Of a stretch of 64,000 nt of DNA, positions 17,641 through 27,580 are shown piece after piece. Where the stretch lies: NCBI GenBank assembly GCA_049600935.1, contig JBMYQB010000003.1, positions 9,113 through 73,112 of the forward strand. The letters run 5' to 3'. The notes under the pieces are model-generated. The model had not been told where the DNA came from. It saw only the letters and a program-made list of their open reading frames with translations, and did no database searches. Source of the stretch: Poseidonia sp. GTDB taxonomy: Archaea > Thermoplasmatota > Poseidoniia > Poseidoniales > Poseidoniaceae. Both the position numbers and the translations under genes were made by a program. Position 1 is the first letter of the stretch, and each line of letters opens with the position of its first letter.

Positions 17641-20280
17641 ATGTCAAAACGAGGGATGATGGACCAGTTCTTTGACATCAAAGAACATCATCCCGATACC
17701 GTCCTCTTCTTCCGAATGGGCGACTTCTACGAGTTGTTTCACGACGATGCAGAGGTCGCTTCCGAGGTGCTCGGATTATCGCTGACCTCACGCGACAAAA
17801 ACGCCGAGGAACCCATCCCGATGGCTGGCTTTCCCTGGCACGGCCTCGAGGAACATCTACGCACCATGCTTCGAGCGGGATACAAAGTGACCGTGGCCGA
17901 ACAGGAAGAGGAGTTGAGGCCAGGCGCCAAACTGCTCGAACGGGTGGTCACCCGAGTGTACACGCCGGGCAGTCTCTACGAGGAGGGTCTTCTGGAGGGC
18001 GACGAACAGTCGCTGCTGGCATCGGTTGTCACAGGACCTGACACCTTGGGTCTCGCTGTGCTCGATGCCTCGACTGGAAAGGCTTGGGCGTGCACCCACG
18101 ATGGCCCTGACCGATTTGTACGCCTTCAGGATGACCTGCTCCGTTGGCAACCGAGTGAACTGGTCGTGTCTCCAAAAGACGCCGCAAACGAGCAGTTGGC
18201 TGCCCTTTTCCCGCTTCTTGACGCCACCATGATCAGCCAACACCAACTCAGTCAATCAAAACGTGAAGAGCGGTTGCGGACGATGCTCGACGTGGCGGAT
18301 TTGGGTCACCTCGACCTTGACCACGCACCGCAGGCGATTTCTGCCACGGGATTGGCTGCGGATTATTTGGCAACGGTTCACCTTCGAGCGGATGTTCCAC
18401 TCCAAGATGTTGAGCTTGTAGAGGAACAGGGCCATCTCTTGCTGGACCAAACCACCTTGAGGAATCTGGAATTAACATCCACGCTCGCAGGGGAATACGA
18501 TGGAAGCCTGCTCTCAACCTTGAATCGATGCCGTACGGCGATGGGGAGGCGGCTGTTGAAGACCTGGGTGCTTCACCCTTTGTCGGATATTGAGGCCATT
18601 CAGACTCGTCATCAAGCGGTTGGAACCTTGTCCCGTTCTGCACGACGACTTGACGGCATGCGGGCATCGTTGAAAGGCATCCGTGACATGGAACGTTTGG
18701 CAACACAACTGGCCTATCAACGCAGCAACGCCCGAGATTTGGTCGCCACCGCCCATGCGCTGGAGCGGATGCCGGGCTTGGCCCAGTGGTGCGTGGACAG
18801 CCAAGACCCGTTGCTGAACCACCTCAGCCAAGGATTGGACCAACTTGATGACATGAGGAAGACGATTCATGACACGCTCAACCAAGAGGCTCCCCTTGGT
18901 TTGCGAGACGGAGGATTGCTTCGGGCGGGTGTAGACGAGGAAGTTGACCGTCTTCGAGCCGTCACCTCGGAAGGCAAAGCATGGTTTACGAACCTCGAAA
19001 AGAAGCTCCGTGAGGAACTTTCTATTCCGTCGTTGAAGGTGAAAAACAATCGACAGGTCGGCTGGTATATCGAGGTTACACAAACGCATGCCGATAAGGT
19101 ACCGGAGGATTGGCGGCGAAAACAGCAGTTGACCAACGGATCACGCTACACCACCGAAGAGTTGGTTGAGCGAGACGACCTGTTGCTCACCGCTGATTCA
19201 AAACTCAAAGAGCTCGAGTACAGGCGATTTCTTGAATTGCGGACTTACTGCGGCAATCACGCTTCAATCCTCGCCGATATTGCACGACGAGTTGCCTCGA
19301 TTGACGTGCTCCAATGCTTCGCTTCGGTGAGCAGGGAGCGGGGTTGGACCAAACCTGAAATGAGCGACAAACACATCATCAAGCTTGAAGGCGCCCGGCA
19401 TCCGGTTTTGGAGTCCCAATCGGGCTTTGTCCCCAATGATGTCATCATGAATAAACAGCGAAGTTTCCTACTCATAACGGGGCCGAACATGGGTGGAAAA
19501 TCGACCTATTTACGCACCGTCGCCCTCGTTACGGTGCTCGCACAGTCAGGTTGCTTCGTCCCCGCCAATCATGCCAAAGTCGGCCTCGTCGACCGTATTT
19601 TCACTCGGGTTGGGGCGAGCGATGACCTCAAGCGAGGGCGTTCAACCTTCATGATGGAAATGATCGAAGTGGCTCACATCTTGAAACGAGCCACAGCCCG
19701 TTCGTTGGTCCTGTTGGATGAAATCGGTCGAGGAACATCCACCTTTGATGGCCTCTCGATTGCGTGGTCGGTCACCGAAGACATCTGCGTTCGCCTTGGC
19801 TCCCGTACCCTCTTTGCTACCCATTATCACCAATTGATTGGCCTTGAGAACGAAGTTGATGGCCTGTGTAACGTACATGTTCAAGTGGCGCAGGTGGACG
19901 GGAGCCTGCGTTTCCTTCACACCGTTGCCGACGGACCGTGCGATGATTCCTACGGCGTTCAAGTCGCTGCACTGGCGGGTCTGCCGAGGAATGTTGTTGA
20001 ACGTGCGAGCGACCTCTTGGCGTTTCTTGAACAGCAAGCAGGTGGAGCAAAGGCAGGTGAGCACGGAGCTCCACAATCAAGAGATGCAGGTCAAGCGAGC
20101 CTCATGGGTTATTTTGCCGCTGCAGCAATGAAAACGACGGAACCTGTGGCAAACGCTCGCCCGCCTCAAGAAGAACAAACGCTGCAGCGCCTGCGTGAGA
20201 CGCAGGTGGACGAACTCAGCCCCCGACAAGCGCTGGATGTGCTTTACGCGCTGAAACAACATCTGGAGGATGGGTCATGA
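17641..20280 (+). CDS. mutS: DNA mismatch repair protein MutS (MutS1)
   Basis: FFRMGDFYELF mismatch motif, GPNMGGKST, STFMMEM, DEIGRGTST, FATHYH. Confidence 0.97.
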   Translation: MSKRGMMDQFFDIKEHHPDTVLFFRMGDFYELFHDDAEVASEVLGLSLTSRDKNAEEPIPMAGFPWHGLEEHLRTMLRAGYKVTVAEQEEELRPGAKLLERVVTRVYTPGSLYEEGLLEGDEQSLLASVVTGPDTLGLAVLDASTGKAWACTHDGPDRFVRLQDDLLRWQPSELVVSPKDAANEQLAALFPLLDATMISQHQLSQSKREERLRTMLDVADLGHLDLDHAPQAISATGLAADYLATVHLRADVPLQDVELVEEQGHLLLDQTTLRNLELTSTLAGEYDGSLLSTLNRCRTAMGRRLLKTWVLHPLSDIEAIQTRHQAVGTLSRSARRLDGMRASLKGIRDMERLATQLAYQRSNARDLVATAHALERMPGLAQWCVDSQDPLLNHLSQGLDQLDDMRKTIHDTLNQEAPLGLRDGGLLRAGVDEEVDRLRAVTSEGKAWFTNLEKKLREELSIPSLKVKNNRQVGWYIEVTQTHADKVPEDWRRKQQLTNGSRYTTEELVERDDLLLTADSKLKELEYRRFLELRTYCGNHASILADIARRVASIDVLQCFASVSRERGWTKPEMSDKHIIKLEGARHPVLESQSGFVPNDVIMNKQRSFLLITGPNMGGKSTYLRTVALVTVLAQSGCFVPANHAKVGLVDRIFTRVGASDDLKRGRSTFMMEMIEVAHILKRATARSLVLLDEIGRGTSTFDGLSIAWSVTEDICVRLGSRTLFATHYHQLIGLENEVDGLCNVHVQVAQVDGSLRFLHTVADGPCDDSYGVQVAALAGLPRNVVERASDLLAFLEQQAGGAKAGEHGAPQSRDAGQASLMGYFAAAAMKTTEPVANARPPQEEQTLQRLRETQVDELSPRQALDVLYALKQHLEDGS

Positions 20281-22295
20281 AGCCTCAAAAAATCAGGCAA
20301 CTCGACGAGGCGACCATCGGCTTCATCGCTGCAGGCGAAGTGGTGGAACGGCCAGCACAGGTGGTCAAGGAATTGATTGAAAACAGCCTCGATGCAGGTT
20401 CGACCTCGATCGTGATCACGGTTGAGCGAGGAGGTTTCGACCGCCTGGTTGTTGAAGACAACGGAAGCGGAATTGACGAAAACGACCTCTCGTTGGCGCT
20501 CGACCGGCACGCGACCTCCAAATTGAATACGAAAGACGACCTCTCTTCCATCGTGTCGCTTGGTTTTCGAGGAGAAGCCTTGGCCAGTATCGGCATGGTT
20601 TCAAAACTCCAAATTGCGAGCAAACCCGCCGATGCTCGAGGAGCGAGCATTATCATGGAAGACGGTGTAAAATCTCAGGTCCAACCCTATGGCATGGCGA
20701 ACGGGACCGTGATTTCGGTTGAGCATCTCTTTCAGAACACACCCGCTCGGCTCGCCTTCCAGCGACGTCCAGAAACCGAAACAGCCCGAATTGTCGACGT
20801 TGTGGTTGACCACGCATTGGCTCATCCAGGGTGCAGTTTTCATCTCAAAACCGAGCGGCGGAGCCTCCTCAATGTACCGGCCACCGAGAGCATGCTTGAC
20901 CGTCTTTACGACATCATGGGAGCACAAGCCACCGATCTCGTTGAACTCCAACTTCCTCCTGAGGACGAAGAAGCGCCCGGTGAAGAGCGATGGAGTGGAT
21001 GGATCAGCACGCCGGACATCACCCGAGGGAAAGGTGATGACATTCACGTCCTCATCAATCAACGCCCGGTCGCCGCAGGCCCGTTCCTTCAAGCCATTCG
21101 AAGAGGGTACAAAACCCGTCTGATGCACGGAAGGCATCCGTTGGCGGTGGTCAATCTCCAATGTCCTCCAAGCGAGGTTGATGTCAACGTCCACCCCACC
21201 AAACGCGAGGTGCGATTGCGCCATTCTTGGCGCGTCCTGGAGCGTTTGGAACGGGCGATTGCCCATACGCTTGAAGCCGTACCTACCGAACCCGATGCGA
21301 CGGGCGGCATACCCGGTCTTCAAGGACTTTCCAGCGGACAGGACATTAAGCCAGTTGAAACTTACTTCAAGCCAAATGGAGTTGAATCCACTCCACAGCC
21401 TTCGCTTGCCACCGCTGCGGGCATGGCAGCCGCACCTCAAACGCCCACGGAACCCTCTCGAGCATCGCCCCCCGCCTGGGCGGTTGCCGCAGGGAAACAA
21501 CTCAATCTGGTCGGCCATGAGGCAGAAGAACTCGAAAAACCAGAGAAAGACCGCCCCGTCTCTGCTTCCCCGCTTGGTCAACGAGTGCTGCCTGATTTAC
21601 CGGATGCACCAATGGCGGCGGCCTTGTCTTCGGCCGAACGAACGCTCCATCGGCATGCAGGAAGCGGAACCACCGCTCGTCCAAACGAGGAAGCACCCCT
21701 TGAAGGCGTGCTCAATGACCTGCCTCACATGGAACCGCTGGCTCAGTTTGCTGATTCCTATATCTTGGTTCAAGCCGAAGATGAACTGCTCCTCATTGAC
21801 CAACATGCACTCCATGAGCGTGTTCGATACGAACGCTTACGGCACAGCGGGCAAGCATGGGAACCTCAACGACGCCTTGAGCCACTGAAGTTGGACCTCG
21901 ATGCGCGACAATCAGCGCTGGTGGATGCTCACCATGAACGCCTGCATGAGCTCGGCTTTCACATGAACAAAAATGACGAGGCCTGGACCCTTCTGGCTTC
22001 ACCTCAACTGCTTGGTGGCGATGAAGTGAAACCTTTCCTTCTTGATTTACTCCAAGACCTTGCGCTTGACGGGGGTCCGCTTGAAACGTTGGAGGCCAAG
22101 AAAGACCATATCGCCTTCATGAATGCCTGTCGGGGTGCGGTGAAAGCCAACGAATCGATGTCCCTACCTGAAATGCGTCGCTTGCTGGATGACATGCGTC
22201 GTATCCAGAACCCTTGGGCCTGCGTTCACGGACGACCCACCTCACTACGGATCTCCATTGACAGTCTCGACCATCATTTTGGTCGCCACGGTTGA
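20277..22295 (+). CDS. mutL: DNA mismatch repair endonuclease MutL
   Basis: IAAGEVVERP, KELIENSLDAG, GFRGEALASI, DQHALHERVRYE, CVHGRP; ATGA overlap with mutS. Confidence 0.97.
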   Translation: MKPQKIRQLDEATIGFIAAGEVVERPAQVVKELIENSLDAGSTSIVITVERGGFDRLVVEDNGSGIDENDLSLALDRHATSKLNTKDDLSSIVSLGFRGEALASIGMVSKLQIASKPADARGASIIMEDGVKSQVQPYGMANGTVISVEHLFQNTPARLAFQRRPETETARIVDVVVDHALAHPGCSFHLKTERRSLLNVPATESMLDRLYDIMGAQATDLVELQLPPEDEEAPGEERWSGWISTPDITRGKGDDIHVLINQRPVAAGPFLQAIRRGYKTRLMHGRHPLAVVNLQCPPSEVDVNVHPTKREVRLRHSWRVLERLERAIAHTLEAVPTEPDATGGIPGLQGLSSGQDIKPVETYFKPNGVESTPQPSLATAAGMAAAPQTPTEPSRASPPAWAVAAGKQLNLVGHEAEELEKPEKDRPVSASPLGQRVLPDLPDAPMAAALSSAERTLHRHAGSGTTARPNEEAPLEGVLNDLPHMEPLAQFADSYILVQAEDELLLIDQHALHERVRYERLRHSGQAWEPQRRLEPLKLDLDARQSALVDAHHERLHELGFHMNKNDEAWTLLASPQLLGGDEVKPFLLDLLQDLALDGGPLETLEAKKDHIAFMNACRGAVKANESMSLPEMRRLLDDMRRIQNPWACVHGRPTSLRISIDSLDHHFGRHG

Positions 22296-22296
22296 T

Positions 22297-23715
22297 TCAC
22301 CACGGTTGATGCAACACCGCTTTCACGCCCACGCCGGCTTCCTTCCAACGGTCCACACCCTCGGGGTCGGCCACCTCGTGAAGATCTGAGCCCTCAACGA
22401 GGACCGTACTGGTACACCCCATGGCCAGGACCAACGCTGTCATTTGCATCCGGTGATCTCCGTAGGTTTCAACGAGTCCCTTCGGTTGCTGAAGGCGTTG
22501 TCCGCCCACAACCACCAACTCACCCTCTTCGAAGGACGAACGCAGCCCAAACTGCTCCAACAACGCTACCGTACCGTGGGTACGGTCCGTTTCCTTGAAC
22601 GCTGCATGCTTGGCGCCGACGATGCGTCCACCTTTTCCAAGCGCTAATAACGCTGCCAAGGGCGTGATGAGGTCATTGGCATGGCGCAGGTCAACCTCCA
22701 CCGATTCTGCAGAGGTTGTTGCTGAAATCTTACCCTCGTTGATGCTCAAACCCAACGCTTCAACCAAGTCAAGGAGGACTTCATGCCCGATGGCATCCGC
22801 AGGGTCTGGCATTGAATCAATCTCGATAATTCCACCCGTGACTCGGGCTGCAAGAAACGCAAAGGCGAGCATGGAAGCGTCCCGAGGAATGTCAACGGCG
22901 GTGTCAATGGAAGGCGTCCAAGGCGCCACGTGGCCGTCGTGAAGCCCAGGAGCAGCCCCTGACTGCTCGCAGAGGTCTTTGGTCAAGCCGCTGTGCCGCA
23001 AGGAAACACCTTCGCCCACATCAACAAGACGCATGGCGTTAGGCAATGCCGGTGAGGCCAGTAGCCATGCTGTGGTAGGTTGGCTTGACGTCGACACGTC
23101 AAGACGGAGTTCTGCGGGAGGTTTCCAAGGCCCTTCAACGAGAAGTGGGAGGCCCTCAACATCAGCCCCATGAGAGACGCTCACGCCCATGGCCACGAGC
23201 GAATCGACCATCGTTTGATGATTTCTCGAACGCAACGAGGCATCACCATCAACCATAACGGGGACATCAAAGCGGGCACACAGCGCCATCAAAATCCGAA
23301 GGGCTGTTCCAGAATTACCAGCGTGTAGAACGCTGATTGGAGGCGTGAAACCGTGAGGGCCAACGCCGTGAATCAACCATGCATCACTTCCTTTTGCGGG
23401 CTGGTCGTCGAGGTTACTGTGGATGCTGAGTGGTTGCCCCTCTGCGCTGATGTCCGAAACCCTCACACCCATTTGCCCCAAGCAACGGCGCATGGAAACA
23501 ATGTCCTGTCCCGCGTTGGCCATGCCGTTGAGGGTGATGTTTTGGTTGGATTGGGCGGCCAATGCGAGCCATCGGATGACGTGGCTCTTGGACGGCGGTA
23601 GCCTCCATAGAATCCTTTCTATAGAGTCTTTTGGAGTGATTTCCAAAGCAGGAACAAGGCTCCCCATGCCGTCTTTGACGGAGGGTGACCACCTCTTCAC
23701 CCAAGCCTTGCCCAT
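22297..23715 (-). CDS. aroA: 3-phosphoshikimate 1-carboxyvinyltransferase (EPSP synthase), divergent
   Basis: PPSKSH, GNSGTALR, SLRSR, SSQ, KETDR, DHRM motifs. Confidence 0.88.
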   Translation of the reverse strand: MGKAWVKRWSPSVKDGMGSLVPALEITPKDSIERILWRLPPSKSHVIRWLALAAQSNQNITLNGMANAGQDIVSMRRCLGQMGVRVSDISAEGQPLSIHSNLDDQPAKGSDAWLIHGVGPHGFTPPISVLHAGNSGTALRILMALCARFDVPVMVDGDASLRSRNHQTMVDSLVAMGVSVSHGADVEGLPLLVEGPWKPPAELRLDVSTSSQPTTAWLLASPALPNAMRLVDVGEGVSLRHSGLTKDLCEQSGAAPGLHDGHVAPWTPSIDTAVDIPRDASMLAFAFLAARVTGGIIEIDSMPDPADAIGHEVLLDLVEALGLSINEGKISATTSAESVEVDLRHANDLITPLAALLALGKGGRIVGAKHAAFKETDRTHGTVALLEQFGLRSSFEEGELVVVGGQRLQQPKGLVETYGDHRMQMTALVLAMGCTSTVLVEGSDLHEVADPEGVDRWKEAGVGVKAVLHQPW

Positions 23716-23788
23716 GATGACGGCTCCCCTGTGCCCGTCATGAACCCTTGCAATACAGATTCAAGAACCGTGGAGGTCTCCACGAACC

Positions 23789-24796
23789 ATGACCCTCGTG
23801 GACGCCTTCAATCGTCCGTTGAGGGACCTGCGTATCTCGGTGACCGACCGGTGTAATTTCAGATGCACCTATTGCATGCCGAGGGAGCACTTCGGTCCGG
23901 AACACCCCTTCCTGCCACGGGACGAGTTGCTCTCCTACGAGGAAATTTGCTTCGTGGTATCCTCACTGCTCTCCTGCGGACTGCGTAAAGTCAGGCTGAC
24001 GGGGGGTGAGCCGCTGTTGCGAAGGGACCTCACGGAACTGATCTCCATGCTCCGTGAAACAGGACCTGAACTCGACATCGCTCTGACCACCAACGGTGCC
24101 TTGCTCAATGCACACGCCAGCGCGCTTCACGATGCGGGTTTGGACAGAGTCACCGTCAGCCTTGATGCCATAAACGAAGCAACTTTCCAAGCCATGTCGG
24201 ATACGAAACAGTTCACTCCGGGCTCAATTCTTGAAGGCATTGAGGCAGCGAAAAAGGTTGGCCTTTTTGTCAAAGTGAATGCCGTCATCCGAAAAGGGGT
24301 GAACGAGGACCAAATTGTCCCGCTCGCTCGTGCGTGCATCGAACTTGGAGTCTCGTTGAGGTTCATCGAATACATGGATGTCGGGAACACCAACGCATGG
24401 AACGTCGACGAGGTTGTATCCGGTTCGGATATTCGCAACGTGATTGAGCGTGAATTCGGAGCCCTAACCGCCGAGCCTCCGAAGCACATCGGGGAAGTCG
24501 CCAGGCGCTATCGCCTTGATTCGGGATACGAATTTGGGTTCATCGAATCCGTTTCAAATCCGTTTTGTGGGGATTGTTCGCGTGCACGGCTTTCGGCCAA
24601 CGGGTCGCTTTACACCTGCCTCTTTTCTTCGGTGGGCCATGATTTGAAGGGTTTGCTTCGATTTGGCGCCGAGGAAGGGGATGTTGCAGAAGCCGTCAGA
24701 GCGATATGGCAACGACGCGATGACCGATATTCGATGGAGCGAAGCACGGTGTCAAACAACCTCGACAAGGTTGAGATGTCCTTTATCGGCGGCTGA
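23789..24796 (+). CDS. moaA: GTP 3',8-cyclase (molybdenum cofactor biosynthesis)
   Basis: LRISVTDRCNFRCTYC radical-SAM motif, FCGDCSRARL..G.LYTC, C-terminal MSFIGG. Confidence 0.95.
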   Translation: MTLVDAFNRPLRDLRISVTDRCNFRCTYCMPREHFGPEHPFLPRDELLSYEEICFVVSSLLSCGLRKVRLTGGEPLLRRDLTELISMLRETGPELDIALTTNGALLNAHASALHDAGLDRVTVSLDAINEATFQAMSDTKQFTPGSILEGIEAAKKVGLFVKVNAVIRKGVNEDQIVPLARACIELGVSLRFIEYMDVGNTNAWNVDEVVSGSDIRNVIEREFGALTAEPPKHIGEVARRYRLDSGYEFGFIESVSNPFCGDCSRARLSANGSLYTCLFSSVGHDLKGLLRFGAEEGDVAEAVRAIWQRRDDRYSMERSTVSNNLDKVEMSFIGG

Positions 24797-24799
24797 CCT

Positions 24800-25291
24800 T
24801 CAGGTCATGGCCGGGAGAGAGATGTCAACGATGAGAGCATTCGAGGTTTGCTCCACCAACCGGAACCGCCACGTACCGTCGTCCGCTCCAATGGTTTCTG
24901 AGTCGATGACAAAGTAGTCCCCTTGGGTCACCGAATACCCAGCGTCTCTGTCGTGGAACGAAATGTTGGTGCCGATTACGCCGTATACATCGGCATCCGA
25001 GACCTGGCCACGAAGAGGGAGTGATTCGGTAATGTTGGCAGGAAGCAGGTCGTACTGCAACCTCGCAGGGTCGATGGACTGGTCAAGGCTGGTGATTCGC
25101 ACAACATGGAAACCGTTGTCGAGGGCTCGTACACTCACGGTGGCCTGCGGTGCAGATTTCTCAACCGTGGTCAATGCCCCCTGCATCAGGACGAAGACCA
25201 TGCTCGAAAGCATGACCGTGATGGCAAGAAGCAGAACCGTTGCGATGACGGGACTGACCGCTTCTTCATCACGTCGGGCCGACCCTCGCAT
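24800..25291 (-). CDS. Archaeal type IV pilin (class III signal peptide)
   Basis: RRDEEA/VSPVIATVLLLAITVMLSS prepilin motif followed by a hydrophobic helix. Confidence 0.85.
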   Translation of the reverse strand: MRGSARRDEEAVSPVIATVLLLAITVMLSSMVFVLMQGALTTVEKSAPQATVSVRALDNGFHVVRITSLDQSIDPARLQYDLLPANITESLPLRGQVSDADVYGVIGTNISFHDRDAGYSVTQGDYFVIDSETIGADDGTWRFRLVEQTSNALIVDISLPAMT

Positions 25292-25360
25292 GAATTCACC
25301 ACGGTGTCAAATCACTTGAACACACCGATGCTTTCTCGGCCAGCGAACGGGTTTCGAGCC

Positions 25361-26506
25361 TCAGAACAGCCACAGCGGTTTTTCACATTCCATGGCTCGC
25401 TTGATACCGCCAATGGGACCGAGGCATCGAAGAATCAACTCGGTGAGAACATCGCCTCGCATGAAGGCATAGCCCAGGTTTTTGCTGCGAAGCGAGTTCT
25501 TCAGTGCTGGGCCCATGGATGCACGAACCTTGTCTTCGTAGGTTGAAAGGGGCGTCTTGTTCGTGATGTGGTCAACGATGGCCTCTGCGGCAAAACAACC
25601 TGAAATGATGGCTTGACTGATCCCCCCTCCGTTGCTTGGCATCACCAGCCCTGCCGCATCACCAACGGCCAGCGTGGTGCCATCAACCATTTGTTTGACC
25701 GGTCCACCCATGGGAATCCATCCACCACCAAAGGAGACGATTTCAAGATTCAAATCGGCGCAAAAACGCTCCAAATGACCTTTGAGGTCGCCTTTGAGTT
25801 TTCCAGCCCGAACGCCCAGGCCCACATTCGCAAACCCCGGACCCTTTGGGATGATCCAGGCATAACCTGAGGGTGCAATAGAACCGAGGAAGACATCGAA
25901 CGTCTCAGGCACATCGCCCTTGACCTGTGCATAAACGGTAGGCACTTGGTCCTCAGGACGGAAGGCTGGGTCTTGCCCGTGCTTGAGTCGCCCGACGTGA
26001 GCCAAGCTTCCCGAGGCGTCAATGAGGTAATCGCAAGTGAAGCGGCCCTCGTTGGTCACCAACAATTCACGGTTGGCTTTTCGCTGTCGCTGAATACGTT
26101 TCAGAGACGTCGAAACACGAATCTCTGCGCCTGCACGTACGGCTTTGTCGGCGAGGTAGCCATCAAATTGCAGACGATGGCCTGCGAAAGCATCCAGTCC
26201 GAAATGATAGGATTTGCCTGATGGAAGGAAGACGCGCATGTTGTCGAGCCGATGGAGTTTCAATCGCTCTGGAAACTCAAAATAGGTTTTGAGCCAATCA
26301 TGGTCGTCGAGATGTTTGAACGTCCCGACGACCTCTCCCCAATTGGGAATGCATTCGCCACACTGCGCAGGATTACCAACGATGGAACGCCGTTCCAACA
26401 CCAACACATCAAGACCTTCCTCTGCAAGACGTTGAGCGGCGGCACTGCCGGCAGGCCCAGCACCAACGACGATGACTTGACGATGTTCCGGTTCAGACAC
26501 GGCCAT
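25361..26506 (-). CDS. Geranylgeranyl reductase family FAD oxidoreductase (DGGGPL reductase-like)
   Basis: VVGAGPAG Rossmann, CGE, PSGYAWIIPKG, VGDAAGLVMP.NGGGI; adjacent to a prenyl synthase. Confidence 0.88.
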   Translation of the reverse strand: MAVSEPEHRQVIVVGAGPAGSAAAQRLAEEGLDVLVLERRSIVGNPAQCGECIPNWGEVVGTFKHLDDHDWLKTYFEFPERLKLHRLDNMRVFLPSGKSYHFGLDAFAGHRLQFDGYLADKAVRAGAEIRVSTSLKRIQRQRKANRELLVTNEGRFTCDYLIDASGSLAHVGRLKHGQDPAFRPEDQVPTVYAQVKGDVPETFDVFLGSIAPSGYAWIIPKGPGFANVGLGVRAGKLKGDLKGHLERFCADLNLEIVSFGGGWIPMGGPVKQMVDGTTLAVGDAAGLVMPSNGGGISQAIISGCFAAEAIVDHITNKTPLSTYEDKVRASMGPALKNSLRSKNLGYAFMRGDVLTELILRCLGPIGGIKRAMECEKPLWLF

Positions 26507-26515
26507 GCGGACACC

Positions 26516-27505
26516 TCAAGCATGCCGATCTTTGACGATATTTGTGATCAACAACATCAGCTCCTTGGCTTCGCTGTCGGGGAACCATTCCAGTTCGGCT
26601 TGGGCTCGTTCAAGGTGGGTTCGGACGAGAATTTCCACGTAGCCCATGCTGTCAGAACGCTCGAGAAGGGTCATCAATTCATCAAAGCCCTCGTCTGTGA
26701 AATCTTCAATGAGTTCGGAAAGCCGTTCCCGATGTCGACCGTGTGAAAGGGTCAGCGCATGAATGAGCGGAAGGGTCATTTTCCCTTCGTAGACATCGGC
26801 CCCTCGAGGTTTTCCCATGCGCTCATCGCCTCGAAGGTCCAAAAGGTCATCCACGAGTTGGAACGCAATGCCCAATTCCATTCCAAAGCGCTCTAAGGCC
26901 TTGGCCTGGTCGTCATCAAGTCCTGCCACCAAACCAGCAGCGTAGCAACCGGACGCAAACGGACCTGCTGTTTTTCCTTGCACGATGGAAAGGTAGTCTT
27001 CGGGGGACGTGGCAAGATTGAGGACGTGGTCGAGTTGGTGATATTCGGACACGGCGATGTTGGCACAACAACGGGCGATGATGGATACGATTTGGGCAGA
27101 GTACCGTCCACCGAGACCAAAACCCTGTACGAAGAGCCAATCCCCTGCGATAACCGCTTTGGCTTGCCCCGCCTGTGCATGGATGGTGGGTATGCCGCGG
27201 CGTTGTTGGGCTTCGTCGTTGATATCGTCGTGGACCAAGGTGGCGGTGTGAATCAATTCGAACGCCAACGCCAGCGGCATGACATCATCCTGCTTGGTCC
27301 CACCTGCCAGTTGGTAGGCGAGCAAGAAGAGAATGGGCCGAAGGCGCTTGCCGCCTGCATTGAGGACGCGACCCGCTTCAAGAGCCACTTCTCCAGCGCC
27401 GAGGTCAACCTCCGACTGAATCAAATCCTGAAGGGCTTGATTGACCTCGTCACGCATGGATTCGAGAGCCGAGTGAAGCCCCTCCAGATTGCTGCGCACA
27501 ACCAC
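26516..27505 (-). CDS. Polyprenyl diphosphate synthase (GGPP synthase family)
   Basis: GGKRLRP, HDDIND...RRG (FARM), GKT, FQLVDDLLD (SARM). Confidence 0.92.
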   Translation of the reverse strand: MVVRSNLEGLHSALESMRDEVNQALQDLIQSEVDLGAGEVALEAGRVLNAGGKRLRPILFLLAYQLAGGTKQDDVMPLALAFELIHTATLVHDDINDEAQQRRGIPTIHAQAGQAKAVIAGDWLFVQGFGLGGRYSAQIVSIIARCCANIAVSEYHQLDHVLNLATSPEDYLSIVQGKTAGPFASGCYAAGLVAGLDDDQAKALERFGMELGIAFQLVDDLLDLRGDERMGKPRGADVYEGKMTLPLIHALTLSHGRHRERLSELIEDFTDEGFDELMTLLERSDSMGYVEILVRTHLERAQAELEWFPDSEAKELMLLITNIVKDRHA

Positions 27506-27580
27506 CCTAGAACGGTGGGCTTCTTAACCGGTCGTCCACGCCCGTGACATGTGAGGGGCGACCCTCACCGAGGTGAACCG

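Noticed and set aside
20601..21581. 326-aa minus-strand ORF
   Set aside because: Fully antisense to mutL, with no domain features.
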